Positions 9,647 through 19,017 of a DNA stretch of 64,000 nucleotides are shown here, one piece after another. Positions within the stretch are counted from its first letter, which is position 1. Each line of letters starts with the position of its first letter. Location: assembly GCA_013288555.1 (NCBI GenBank), contig JABDBQ010000006.1:20628-84627 (forward strand), written 5' to 3'. A program made the translations under genes and the position numbers. Origin of the DNA: Bacteroidota bacterium. Its GTDB lineage: Bacteria; Bacteroidota; Bacteroidia; CAILMK01. Under the pieces are notes generated by a model. The model searched no databases. It had not been told where the DNA came from and was given only the letters and a program-made list of their open reading frames with translations.

Positions 9647-9873
9647 AAATTATTTCGCGAAAATTTGGAAGTATCATAGAATGCGAGAGCGGGGGCTTCT
9701 ATTTGTTGTTGAATGGATTATGTTGATTATTGTAGAAGTGAAGCGGACGCTTCAGGAAGAAAAGTCACAAGCGGACGCTTGCGCCAGTTGGGGGACGCTT
9801 GCGCCAGTTGGGGGCATAGGCACATACAAACGCGCGCCAGCGGGGGGCAGGATTGCATATCCCGACCAAGGGG

Positions 9874-10557
9874 TTACCTCTTAAATTGGTTTTCAGCTTT
9901 AATCCTTTGCAAATTATAGGCAGGCAAATTAACTACGTCTATATCTGCCCCAACCTCAATTAAATTATCTTTAATTTCGCTGGATATTGCGAAGGGTCTG
10001 ATTGCTTTAATATTTATGCCCGCACGTAACAAAAATAAGGCTACGATTTCAACATTTTCTATCTTTACTTTTGGACCAAACCATATTGAATTGGTAGGTG
10101 TATGGGCCATATATTCTGTTGGGCTGAAAAGCACTAATTTAAATCCTATATCTTTCAAACTTAATAAGGCTCTATCCTGATCAGCCAATTTTGGATAATA
10201 GCGAATGGTTGTAGAGGTGTCTATTTTGCCTATTAATGACTTAATGTAATGATTAATTGAATCTGATTTACTGAAATCATAGCTACTGTAATTTTTTAGC
10301 TCATTCGGAGATATTCCACCATTTTCCAGTTCCGCAGCCTTTATAGCCATATGTAACGAATCTGCCATTTTTCGAAGAGATCTTGTAGAATCGTGTAGGA
10401 GCTTTAGAGTCGCAGTATTCTTTTCTATTTCTTTAATTTTAAAAAAATTAATGATAAAAAGCACAACAAAAGAAACCATAAGAACCACAAGGCCAAGTGC
10501 AGCGATCAACGATCCGATCCTTGATTGCCTGTTAAAGTTATTAAATTGGGATTCCAT
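9874..10557 (-). CDS. Hypothetical single-pass membrane protein
   Basis: N-terminal TM helix (IGSLIAALGLVVLMVSFVVLFII), then a coiled-coil-like segment and a globular C-terminal domain of unknown family. Confidence 0.45.
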   Translation of the reverse strand: MESQFNNFNRQSRIGSLIAALGLVVLMVSFVVLFIINFFKIKEIEKNTATLKLLHDSTRSLRKMADSLHMAIKAAELENGGISPNELKNYSSYDFSKSDSINHYIKSLIGKIDTSTTIRYYPKLADQDRALLSLKDIGFKLVLFSPTEYMAHTPTNSIWFGPKVKIENVEIVALFLLRAGINIKAIRPFAISSEIKDNLIEVGADIDVVNLPAYNLQRIKAENQFKR

Positions 10558-10559
10558 TA

Positions 10560-10844
10560 TTAATTTCCATCTTCATTTTTAACGGACGGAGCAAGTAATT
10601 TCATAGAATCACCCCACATTTTTAATAACCTTCCGCAGGTAAAAGCTATCCCTCCTGATGAGCCAAACATTGCAACAACTACAGGCATTTTACTACCTTG
10701 AAATACCATAATTACGCTGCATGTCAAAAGGGCTAAAAAGGATAGAAGAGTAACAATAATATACATGATACGTTCGAACCTAAACATAGATAGCATACTA
10801 CGAATTGCTTCTATCTTGGTGTTCAAATCGGTATTATCAGACAT
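10560..10844 (-). CDS. Hypothetical small two-TM membrane protein
   Basis: 94 aa with two hydrophobic helices. It ends 2 nt before the start of 9874..10557, so the two are probably co-transcribed. Confidence 0.4.
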   Translation of the reverse strand: MSDNTDLNTKIEAIRSMLSMFRFERIMYIIVTLLSFLALLTCSVIMVFQGSKMPVVVAMFGSSGGIAFTCGRLLKMWGDSMKLLAPSVKNEDGN

Positions 10845-10991
10845 ATTGAATCAAGAATATTCGTTTTCTAATCGAATTCCAGGCTACAGATTTTTCGAAA
10901 TTAATGGATTTTAATCAAACGCACAATTTTCCAATATTTTTTTGTTCCGTTTCATCGGAATTTGTCCCCCTGCTCGCGAATGTTAGCGAAG

Positions 10992-11114
10992 CCCCTCGCT
11001 GTCGCTCGCCTCTGGCGAGTGTCAGTTACTGCGGCCTCTGGCCGATAGTTTAATACATAAAGCGGCGGGACGCCTCAGTAACCCACACTCGCGAGACGCG
11101 AGCGAGAGCGGGGG
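10992..11114. repeat. Family B long-hairpin repeat, intact copy
   Basis: cccctcgctgtcgctcgcctctggcgagtgtcagttactg...cagtaacccacactcgcgagacgcgagcgagagcggggg. The arms are imperfectly complementary. Confidence 0.85.
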
Positions 11115-11135
11115 CATATCCCGACCAGCGGGGGA

Positions 11136-11543
11136 TCAATTTATTTTATCTTTAATAATGGCAACTCGCAAACTAAATATTGTAAGAATAAGCGTTACTG
11201 GTGCAAACACTATTTTTTCGAATTGATTGTCCGAAAGGAGATTCCCTAATGTATTGAAAACAAAAAACGCAAACATTATCCATAAGATAACCCGAATCAC
11301 CACAGGGTTGATACCTGTTTTTAAATAACCGGCTTTTATTACGGCAGCAGCAAGCATAAGGATATTTATAATGATTGATACGGTTTCCAGGGTCAGCATT
11401 TGCGACCTGACTTTCATCGTCCCGCCCCAAACCACCCCAAACGGGATTACGTTAAGCATCACCGACAAATGAAACAGAATAAAGAGAGATAAGATTGCTA
11501 TTAAACCGTTTAAAGCAAATCGCTCAGCAATAAATTTCTTCAT
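11136..11543 (-). CDS. Hypothetical polytopic membrane protein
   Basis: 135 aa with about four hydrophobic helices. Confidence 0.5.
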   Translation of the reverse strand: MKKFIAERFALNGLIAILSLFILFHLSVMLNVIPFGVVWGGTMKVRSQMLTLETVSIIINILMLAAAVIKAGYLKTGINPVVIRVILWIMFAFFVFNTLGNLLSDNQFEKIVFAPVTLILTIFSLRVAIIKDKIN

Positions 11544-11590
11544 TATTGTGTTTTGTTAATTAAGCAACCAAGTCACAGGCAACTTGCCCA

Positions 11591-12367
11591 TTAATTAAAA
11601 AGTTCGTGTGTACCATTTTCAATCAGTTCTTTCAAACAATTTAAAAATCTTCCACCATAAGCTCCATCTATCGGGCGGTGATCAAAAACTAATGTAACAG
11701 GTAAAATATTGTTAATAGCCAGATTATCGGAAGTCTTTTGAATAGCGCCTAAACACATTATCCCAATCATTGGCGATGAAATTATTGGGATGCCATTCTT
11801 TATTCCGAAACTCCCGAAATTTGTAATCGGGAAATTGCCATAGTTTTTATAAGCTGACCATCTGCGAATGGAAGGAATGCTTGTTACAATTGATCTGACA
11901 AATGCCGGTAACATAAAAAGGCTTTTTAGACTCAAATAAAAAGTCCCTTTGCCGTTACTAATATTTTCGACTTCCAGTTTAACTTCTTCCGAAATTTCTT
12001 TTAAGGATTTTGTGTCCGGGTTCTCAATGACCACATATTCCACATGGTTGCCTTCGGCAACGGGCAAATTGATTTTAATAGTATCAAATGAAACAATGCT
12101 TCTTCCGTCAAAATATCCAAACAGGTCCGGAAACTGTCTTAATGCTATCGATATGGCTTTTATCAATGCATGTGTCAACGTTATTTTATCTTCCTTATTT
12201 ATTGAATTGTTGTATTTTAAACGCTCTTCTAACAATTTATTTACGCTAATATCCAAAGTCACAGAAACGCATGGAACAGAGGAGCTTCGCTTAAATTTTT
12301 CAATTTGAAACTTTCTGAAAAGCTTTTCTCTTTCGATAAAGCTTTTATTTGCGATTATGGGTTTCAT
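11591..12367 (-). CDS. 2-oxoacid dehydrogenase acyltransferase catalytic-domain protein (no lipoyl domain)
   Basis: The C-terminal 'VFDHRPIDGAYGGRFLNCLKELIE' carries the DHRxxDG catalytic motif of E2 acyltransferases. Confidence 0.7.
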   Translation of the reverse strand: MKPIIANKSFIEREKLFRKFQIEKFKRSSSVPCVSVTLDISVNKLLEERLKYNNSINKEDKITLTHALIKAISIALRQFPDLFGYFDGRSIVSFDTIKINLPVAEGNHVEYVVIENPDTKSLKEISEEVKLEVENISNGKGTFYLSLKSLFMLPAFVRSIVTSIPSIRRWSAYKNYGNFPITNFGSFGIKNGIPIISSPMIGIMCLGAIQKTSDNLAINNILPVTLVFDHRPIDGAYGGRFLNCLKELIENGTHELFN

Positions 12368-12705
12368 TCAATTCTCTTTTGGGTGTAAATCGTGCACAAG
12401 ATCCTGAACCTGCAGGCAGCATTGCTTGCCTGCTAATACGTATGTAAAGGTACAGGAAAGAAAATCGGTATATGGAATTGTTTCAAATCTGGTTAGTACA
12501 CTTGCTGGTGTTGGTATCATTCGGGCGTTGCGAACACGAAACCAGTCCGCACGCGTTCGGAAACGCGCGCGAGCAAAGACAGACGCGCGTGAGCCGAGGC
12601 AAAGACAAACGCGCGCCAGCTGGGGATGGCAAAAAATAGTATTCTCCTTTTTTTGTTTTTCTCAAAAATCCCTTTAATTTTACTTGCGTATATTGAAAAG
12701 AGAAC

Positions 12706-12823
12706 CCCCTCGCTGTCGCTCGCCTCTGGCGAGTGTCAGTTACTGCGGCCTCTGGCCTATAGTTTAATACATAAAGCGGCGGGACGCCTCAGTAACCCAC
12801 ACTCGCGAGACGCGAGCGAGAGC
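12706..12823. repeat. Family B long-hairpin repeat, intact copy
   Basis: Near-identical to 10992..11114 and directly followed by a family A copy. Confidence 0.85.
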
Positions 12824-12827
12824 TTGG

Positions 12828-12904
12828 GTGGAAAAGGAATGCCATTTTTCGGATCACAGATCCTGATACTCAAAGATCGGGATGGCATATCCCGACCAGC
12901 GAGG
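12828..12904. repeat. Hairpin-array intergenic repeat, family A
   Basis: Near-identical to 7584..7661. Confidence 0.85.
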
Positions 12905-13015
12905 TCTTATTAATACCAATCATAAAAAAACAATTAGCGGTAGTTTTACTGTTTTTTATTAATATTTCTCTTTGTGTCTTTGATGGTGTTGTCATATTCA
13001 TATACTATCATCCCT

Positions 13016-13543
13016 CTAAAACGCATACCCTATTGCAATTCTTGGAAGTAAAACCCCACCGGGCCCAAGAAAATACCACCCAGCGTTCCCAAACCAGTCA
13101 GTCTGGTAATATATCGGGAGGAATTGCAAACCTATGGAAACATCAACTGTAAAATGGCTTTTTGGAAAAACCTTTCGCATACCCCAGGAAAATGAAGCCC
13201 CTCCTGTTCCTCCAATTTTGTTATTATCTTCCAGGCTTCCATAAGCAGATAACATGGGTTGTATGTAAAAAAAAGGAGCGTAATAATACCTGAAAAAAAT
13301 ATCTGTTTTATATCCGGGAACTTGTAATGACCCATAATAATAGTAATGTGCGCCAATGCCAAGGCTATATTTATTGTTCAACAGATGTTCGTAAGAAATA
13401 TGAACTTTCAAAACAAGGTCTATTGGTTCCAACGTAATAACATTCCTTGGGGAATCATTTTGGATAGTTTCTGCGGAGGCGTTTAAAACAGAAGAAAACA
13501 AAAACAAGAAACCCAATAACCATTTTACCTTGCTTATGCTCAT
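13016..13543 (-). CDS. Putative small outer-membrane beta-barrel protein
   Basis: Signal peptide (LLGFLFLFSSVLNASA), Tyr/Gly-rich alternating segments, and a C-terminal '...IAIGYAF' ending in Phe. Confidence 0.45.
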   Translation of the reverse strand: MSISKVKWLLGFLFLFSSVLNASAETIQNDSPRNVITLEPIDLVLKVHISYEHLLNNKYSLGIGAHYYYYGSLQVPGYKTDIFFRYYYAPFFYIQPMLSAYGSLEDNNKIGGTGGASFSWGMRKVFPKSHFTVDVSIGLQFLPIYYQTDWFGNAGWYFLGPGGVLLPRIAIGYAF

Positions 13544-13928
13544 ATTTATGCAGTTAAGGCCTTATTTGTGGTTCGTTAAGTTTATATGCAATATAACTGT
13601 TCTTACCGGTTTGACAACCGACGTGTAAATATATGGTAAAATTATACTTCCTTTTGCTCGCGCGTTTCCGAACGCGTGCGAGCCGGGGCACTCGGGACGA
13701 CACACGCACGCACTGAAAATTATTTTGCGTCACCTTTTTGTCACAGATTTTCAGGTTTTTACGATGTTTTTTGGATTGAATCGCCATTTTTAACCAATCA
13801 GGGAATGCAGGGCCAAAATACGACCTCAATATCGCCGGTACAAATTCCGTTTTTCGCCTTGGAAAAGGGTTTAAAGACGTGGTAATTTTGGGACAAGAGC
13901 AGTTTACACACCACTAAAAAAAACAATT

Positions 13929-14165
13929 ATGGGATTTGAAAAAGATGTTGATATTATTGAGCGGATCGACAAAAAGATCTGCATGAGGAACACTGGCAGG
14001 CCTGATGAACTTGCTGACCAATTGGGGATAAGTCCCAGTTGGTTATACGAAATATTGAACGTGATGAAGACAATGGGAGCTGATATTGTTTACGACAATA
14101 TCGCTAAAACTTATTATTATGCACAAGAGGGCTGCTTTAACTTCCGTTTCGTGGAAAAGAAATAA
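13929..14165 (+). CDS. Small HTH-domain protein
   Basis: 'RPDELADQLGISPSWLYEILNVMKTMG' resembles a winged-helix/HTH_11 motif. Confidence 0.4.
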   Translation: MGFEKDVDIIERIDKKICMRNTGRPDELADQLGISPSWLYEILNVMKTMGADIVYDNIAKTYYYAQEGCFNFRFVEKK

Positions 14166-14254
14166 ATATTTTCTTCACTCCGGTACGTGTGGAGTGCTAG
14201 CGATGATCTTTGGCTTGTAAAAATCATAAAGTACCAAACTAAAATACATCAATT

Positions 14255-16018
14255 ATGAGCGATTCTAACAGAAGAGATTTTGTAAAAATAACTGGACTTG
14301 TGTTTATTGGCACCGCCGTGTTGCCCCGCATACCTTTATTAGGATCGCAAATTAAAAAATTGCCAAGCTATGACGGTTACATACCCCCAATAAGGGATGT
14401 TTCAGCTCCAGATGTGTTTGGAGTGATAGATATGCATGCACATCCATCACAAAAACTGTATTTATTGGATAACCTTTTTTGGAGGAGATTCCATTTCCCG
14501 AGAAAACGTGGAGACAATTTTCTACATGAACAAATTGATGAGTATCAATTGCAAAAAAACGAAGTTGTAACCTCAGGGGGAAAAACGAAGCGGCGGGTAA
14601 TGGGTATGATTACTGCTCATTACTTGCCAGAAATGACCACTGTTAAAGATAAAAACCTATTACACTTATTATATTCTGTATTGAATTGGATCCCTTGGTC
14701 ATCACTGGCACAAAAAATGGAAAACGAGGATATGACCAATTATGTCCAACTTAATTTAATGATGGATCAATTAGAGATACAAGTAAATAAAACAAACCGG
14801 AAACTGGGATTTGAGTTAATTAGAATAGTTAAAAGTTATAAAGAATTTGATGATGCCAAAAAAGCAGGAATTATTCCGTTTGCCCATTCCGTTGAAGGCT
14901 CTCATTCATTAGGCAGAATAAAAGCCAACGGACCTCACAGGCGTGCAGCCTACATAGCACAACTGGGTGAGAAAAATTATTTAAACAATCCCAGTATTGC
15001 TAGTGATTTAACTCAAGCTAAAGAGCAAGCATACGCAAATTCATTAGCAAATTCATTAGGACATTCGGTCACTGTAAAACCTGGTGAGGTAGATGAACAA
15101 ATACAAAAGTGGGGTCCAATTACAACGGACGGTCCAATTACATTTGAAGATGATGGACTTATCAAACTCTTAGGTCGGCTAGATGAGTTAAAAGAAAGAG
15201 GAGTTTGTTTAATTACGCTCGCGCATTTCTTTTCAAATGATATTATAAGAACTCCCGTAATTGGTATTTCGGCAGATTCTGCGGGTTCCATGAATATAGA
15301 TCTACCTTACAGTTCTTCTGATGAAAATCAACTTGAGCATGAATTGTCAATTTCTGGCGCCGTAATTGTGCGCAAAATGCTTGAAATTGGTATTATTGTT
15401 GATCTTACACATACTAATCCGTGTGCAAGAGAGCAAATCTTTAATATTAATGATGAACGTGGAAGTAAGAAAAGACCAATAGTTTTTTCGCATAGTGGAG
15501 TTAGGAAGATATTTGATAAATATTGTCCGGATAAATATTCAGTTTATCACAATCGCCCGGCTGCTGATTTTGGAGATTATAATGCGACAGATGAAGAAAT
15601 TTGTCGGATAAACGATTGCCAAGGTGTAATTGCGATTATACCTGAAGTTTTTTGGCTGACAGGATGCGACATCCACTGGTGCATGGATATTAAGCATTCT
15701 AGAAAACATAGAGGCTTGGGTCCTCTCAATTTCCATAATGGCATCAGATTTATGTTGGAATCAATTGAACATATTTTTTCCTTAACTGGCACGTTTGATA
15801 ATGTTGCAATTGGATCTGACTTTGATGGCTTAGCAGATGCATCAAGAAATTTGGCGCTGCCTTCTCAATTTGGAAATTTTACAGTGGCATTGGAGAAGGA
15901 ATTGATACTACTTAAAGTAAAATATGGGAATGCATTCCCTTCAAAACCTATTAATGATATAATTACGGATATTACTTCTGGAAATGCCCTTCGTGTATTG
16001 CAGCTTGGCTGGGTTTGA
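14255..16018 (+). CDS. Membrane dipeptidase (peptidase M19)-like metallohydrolase with a Tat signal
   Basis: The N-terminus 'SNRRDFVKITGLVFIGTAV' is a twin-arginine signal. M19-like strand motifs are IDMHAHP, HSVEGSHSLG, ITLAHFFSND, VDLTHTN, FSHSGV and IGSDFDG. The protein has large insertions relative to ~350-aa M19 enzymes. Confidence 0.6.
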   Translation: MSDSNRRDFVKITGLVFIGTAVLPRIPLLGSQIKKLPSYDGYIPPIRDVSAPDVFGVIDMHAHPSQKLYLLDNLFWRRFHFPRKRGDNFLHEQIDEYQLQKNEVVTSGGKTKRRVMGMITAHYLPEMTTVKDKNLLHLLYSVLNWIPWSSLAQKMENEDMTNYVQLNLMMDQLEIQVNKTNRKLGFELIRIVKSYKEFDDAKKAGIIPFAHSVEGSHSLGRIKANGPHRRAAYIAQLGEKNYLNNPSIASDLTQAKEQAYANSLANSLGHSVTVKPGEVDEQIQKWGPITTDGPITFEDDGLIKLLGRLDELKERGVCLITLAHFFSNDIIRTPVIGISADSAGSMNIDLPYSSSDENQLEHELSISGAVIVRKMLEIGIIVDLTHTNPCAREQIFNINDERGSKKRPIVFSHSGVRKIFDKYCPDKYSVYHNRPAADFGDYNATDEEICRINDCQGVIAIIPEVFWLTGCDIHWCMDIKHSRKHRGLGPLNFHNGIRFMLESIEHIFSLTGTFDNVAIGSDFDGLADASRNLALPSQFGNFTVALEKELILLKVKYGNAFPSKPINDIITDITSGNALRVLQLGWV

Positions 16019-16248
16019 GTAAATGAAGCTATTTCCTAGTACGCAAAGGGTGGGATGGCTATCCAGATCTGCTGGGGTCAAGAATCTTCCTTCGGTAAGA
16101 TTCGCGAAGGAGAGGGTTTAAACTTCAACAGTTGTCAGAAAGGGAATCCAGGCCCCCTCAATGAAAGAGAGAAAATAAATTTGGTAGTAAATATCAACCA
16201 GTCAAACCTTATCCAGGCGAACCAATACTTCTGAAGAAACAACAAAAC

Positions 16249-17424
16249 ATGCACAATAAACTAAAACTAAATACTTCAAACCCCTTTTGGGGATCTTTCT
16301 TCTTTTTTTTGTTAATGGCTACAAATCTATCTTATTCGCAAGATTTAATTGAACATGAAATGCACTTAAAAAAGATACACGATTCAAATCCATACGTAAT
16401 AGCTGCAACCCAAAAACTAAAATATGCGATAGCAACAAGGGAATATGCAAACGAGAAACTAAATGACGTAACGAAGGCGATTAGAGATGTAACAATAAAA
16501 AGGATGGATATTCCCGATACCATTTCTGTAAAATCGGCTATGGTTGAAGAAGATAGAGCAAATATGGCCTACCGAAAAGCAGATGCAATTGCAATTGCGG
16601 CCGAAAGTTCCGCAACACTGGCTAATAGAGACCTTGCTGACAACCCAAATACTAATGTTTCTTCTACATCCAAAATAGATGCCAATCCAAGTTTTGCCTT
16701 GCCAGTTGGGGCAAATTTAATACCAATTCCAACCTTTAATCTTTTGGGTTACTTGACTATAGGAGCAGGAGATCCAGCTCCAGATTCAATAAATATTAAA
16801 AAATTCTGCGGCTTCACTTTTGATATTTCATTATATGGGGGTGGTAAAATAGCAGACAAAAGCCCTTTGAATAACTCTTTATTGTTTCTTGTGCCAGATG
16901 CTTCTATATTTGGTGTAAACTTTTGTGAAATCCTCTCACTTTATAATACTTATTCATCAAATGAAACACATGCCATTAATATTGGACTAGTTTGTAATGA
17001 ATACTATAATAGTCGCCAAATAACTGCTAAGGGAAATAAAGCTGGCGATACTACTACGTATAATTTTAATCCAGATAACTTGATGGTAAAGGCAGGAATA
17101 GAAGTTGCGCTAAAGGGCTCTTTTAGCCTTTTTTGTGATTATAATATAATTTGGGAAAATGGGCCTTTCACACAAATTGCAAATTTCTATAATACTAGTC
17201 TAAAGAGATTCGAATATACAGACTATGGCTTTCGAGGCAAATTCAATATACCATCAACATCTGGTGCAAAAGACCTACAAACACCAAGCAATACCACTCC
17301 AGATATTGTAAAAATTGAAGTTGGTTTTCTTGCAAATAATGGTAATATTATATCTTTATTAGGTAAAGATAAAAATTTCTATACGTGGGTAAAGATAGGT
17401 TATGTGCATTCTCTTATTAATTAA
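16249..17424 (+). CDS. Hypothetical secreted/outer-membrane protein
   Basis: Signal-like N-terminus and a beta-rich C-terminal half. No family was recognised. Confidence 0.4.
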   Translation: MHNKLKLNTSNPFWGSFFFFLLMATNLSYSQDLIEHEMHLKKIHDSNPYVIAATQKLKYAIATREYANEKLNDVTKAIRDVTIKRMDIPDTISVKSAMVEEDRANMAYRKADAIAIAAESSATLANRDLADNPNTNVSSTSKIDANPSFALPVGANLIPIPTFNLLGYLTIGAGDPAPDSINIKKFCGFTFDISLYGGGKIADKSPLNNSLLFLVPDASIFGVNFCEILSLYNTYSSNETHAINIGLVCNEYYNSRQITAKGNKAGDTTTYNFNPDNLMVKAGIEVALKGSFSLFCDYNIIWENGPFTQIANFYNTSLKRFEYTDYGFRGKFNIPSTSGAKDLQTPSNTTPDIVKIEVGFLANNGNIISLLGKDKNFYTWVKIGYVHSLIN

Positions 17425-17952
17425 AGCACAGCTTGTAAATATTTTTTATTTTCTCATGATAAAAGAATCTCGCTGGCGAGAATGTTAGCGGTACGTCATT
17501 TGTGTTTCAATATCTATCCCGACTTATTCGGGAACGAAAGCCGAGTCACGAATCTCCTTTCAGTAAGATTCGCACCAGCAAGGGCGGCAAATAAAATCAG
17601 TTATCTGGGGTAATCGTCATCTACTTCTTGTGCCCTTGTTGGCGTTGTTACCAACAAGTTCCCGCAAACTGACGAGAGTTAAGATTTTCTAAACGTAGTT
17701 AGGGAGTATTTTTTGATATTGAGAGCTTGCTAATGAATAGACTTGTTGGTGACAACACCAACAAGGGCGGGAAAAAACAGAAACAAAACGATCACATCGC
17801 TTGCAAATCTCCTATCAAATGTTATTGAAACAGAAAAAACACATATTGAAACAGAAAAACAATCCTATTTCAACCTACTTGATGCGATGCATCGGGATAT
17901 GAATAAACCCGAAAGTAACCCCATTAGATAATTAATTACAATAGAAAGGTTT

Positions 17953-18011
17953 ATTTCGGATCACAGATGCTGATACTCAAAGGTCAGGATGGTATATCCT
18001 GACCAGCGGGG
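17953..18011. repeat. Hairpin-array intergenic repeat, family A (diverged)
   Basis: tttcGGATCacaGATgC-tgatactcaaaggt-CAGGAtggtataTCCTG-accagcgggg. Confidence 0.8.
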
Positions 18012-18020
18012 CAACGAATG

Positions 18021-18872
18021 CTAAACTGGTATCATGATTTCGTGATATAGCTTTCTAATAACTTCATCAGCACCTAACTTTTCCCAATTTAATCCCACCC
18101 GATCTGGCAAAGATGTGCTATACTTGAATATGTCATTTTTAGAGACTTTATACCATACAGGTAAAATTAATTTTCTTTCTTCAAGAAGCTCTCTGGTAAA
18201 AAATGAGTCGAATTCAACTTTTGTCCAACCAGCATTTTCAAGAAAACTAGGGCTAAGTATTAAAATACATTTTTTGCATTCTCTTATGCCTTTTTCAATA
18301 CTTTCTCTTAACCCATTACCAACTTTTAGTGAATATTCATCAAACCATACTGGACAAATCATTTTTGAAAGTCCTATTGCGATAGGTCTTGCAACATCTT
18401 CTTTATCTCTGCTATCATGAGATATAAAAGCGAGAGGTTTTATATCTTCTGATTTTACTGCGGCGTAAGGTTGAGATCGAAAAATTATATGAAGACCATT
18501 TACTTTGGCTTCATCTTGAAGCTTTTCAATATTCAAATCTTCAATATCAACTTCGCTATAAAAAAAGACCCTCCCTGAAAATTGTAAATCTTTATCTGCC
18601 ATGGGTTTTTCTCCTTTATGGCCCGATTTTATTTCCACCGCTTTGCTAATTTCCAATATAATATTCAAATTCTGTAAGACTGCCACACACATTGCAATAG
18701 GATTTTTCATCACAGGTATATAACAAGATATAAACTTAGAATTTGAATCAAAATCTAAGTGAACACCGGCGATAATATCTATATTCCCATCAGGTGTTGA
18801 AAAAGTCAAGGGTCTCAACAAACCTAGAACCCTTTGAAAATCTGTATCGAAATATTCTTTTAAAGTTGCCAT
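18021..18872 (-). CDS. TIR-domain protein with an uncharacterised ~140-aa N-terminal domain
   Basis: The C-terminal half reads 'AFISHDSRDKEDVA...VWFDEYSLKVG...ILILSPSFLENAGWTKVEFDS...LPVWY'. This is TIR_2-like and includes the S-x-W-x-x-E catalytic-Glu context. Confidence 0.8.
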   Translation of the reverse strand: MATLKEYFDTDFQRVLGLLRPLTFSTPDGNIDIIAGVHLDFDSNSKFISCYIPVMKNPIAMCVAVLQNLNIILEISKAVEIKSGHKGEKPMADKDLQFSGRVFFYSEVDIEDLNIEKLQDEAKVNGLHIIFRSQPYAAVKSEDIKPLAFISHDSRDKEDVARPIAIGLSKMICPVWFDEYSLKVGNGLRESIEKGIRECKKCILILSPSFLENAGWTKVEFDSFFTRELLEERKLILPVWYKVSKNDIFKYSTSLPDRVGLNWEKLGADEVIRKLYHEIMIPV

Positions 18873-19017
18873 TTTTTAACTATTACAAATATAACTATCC
18901 TTCTGGTTCTTATCGCCAAGAAAAAAGGCAGCCCAAAATCTAGTCTGAACTGCCTTTATTATTTCGGTACCTAATCGTGATTCAATTCAACCACCCAGGA
19001 AGAAAAATTGATTTCTT

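Larger units (their letters stand above)
8417..9684 (+). mobile_element. IS110-family insertion sequence (~1.27 kb)
   Basis: Boundaries come from comparing the interrupted family-B repeat with its two intact copies. A GC dinucleotide is present at both junctions. There are no terminal inverted repeats, as expected for IS110. Confidence 0.75.

Noticed and set aside
9681-9919. ORFs across GC-rich intergenic repeats (also 12426..12913, 13554..13885, 51658..51933, 61964..62273)
   Set aside because: The reading frames run through dispersed repeat elements. They are Arg/Gly/Pro/Ala-rich, overlap each other in several frames, and have no start context. They are treated as non-coding repeats.
7584-13710. 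Possible CRISPR array, because of many short GC-rich repeats
   Set aside because: The repeats belong to several different families, are irregularly spaced (hundreds to thousands of bp), are separated by genes, and are themselves hairpin composites. There is no regular repeat-spacer periodicity and there are no cas genes.
18021-18872. Calling the TIR gene a Thoeris (ThsB) system
   Set aside because: There is no ThsA-like SIR2/SLOG or Macro gene, nor any other known TIR partner, within the flanking region. It is only safe to call it an orphan TIR-domain protein.
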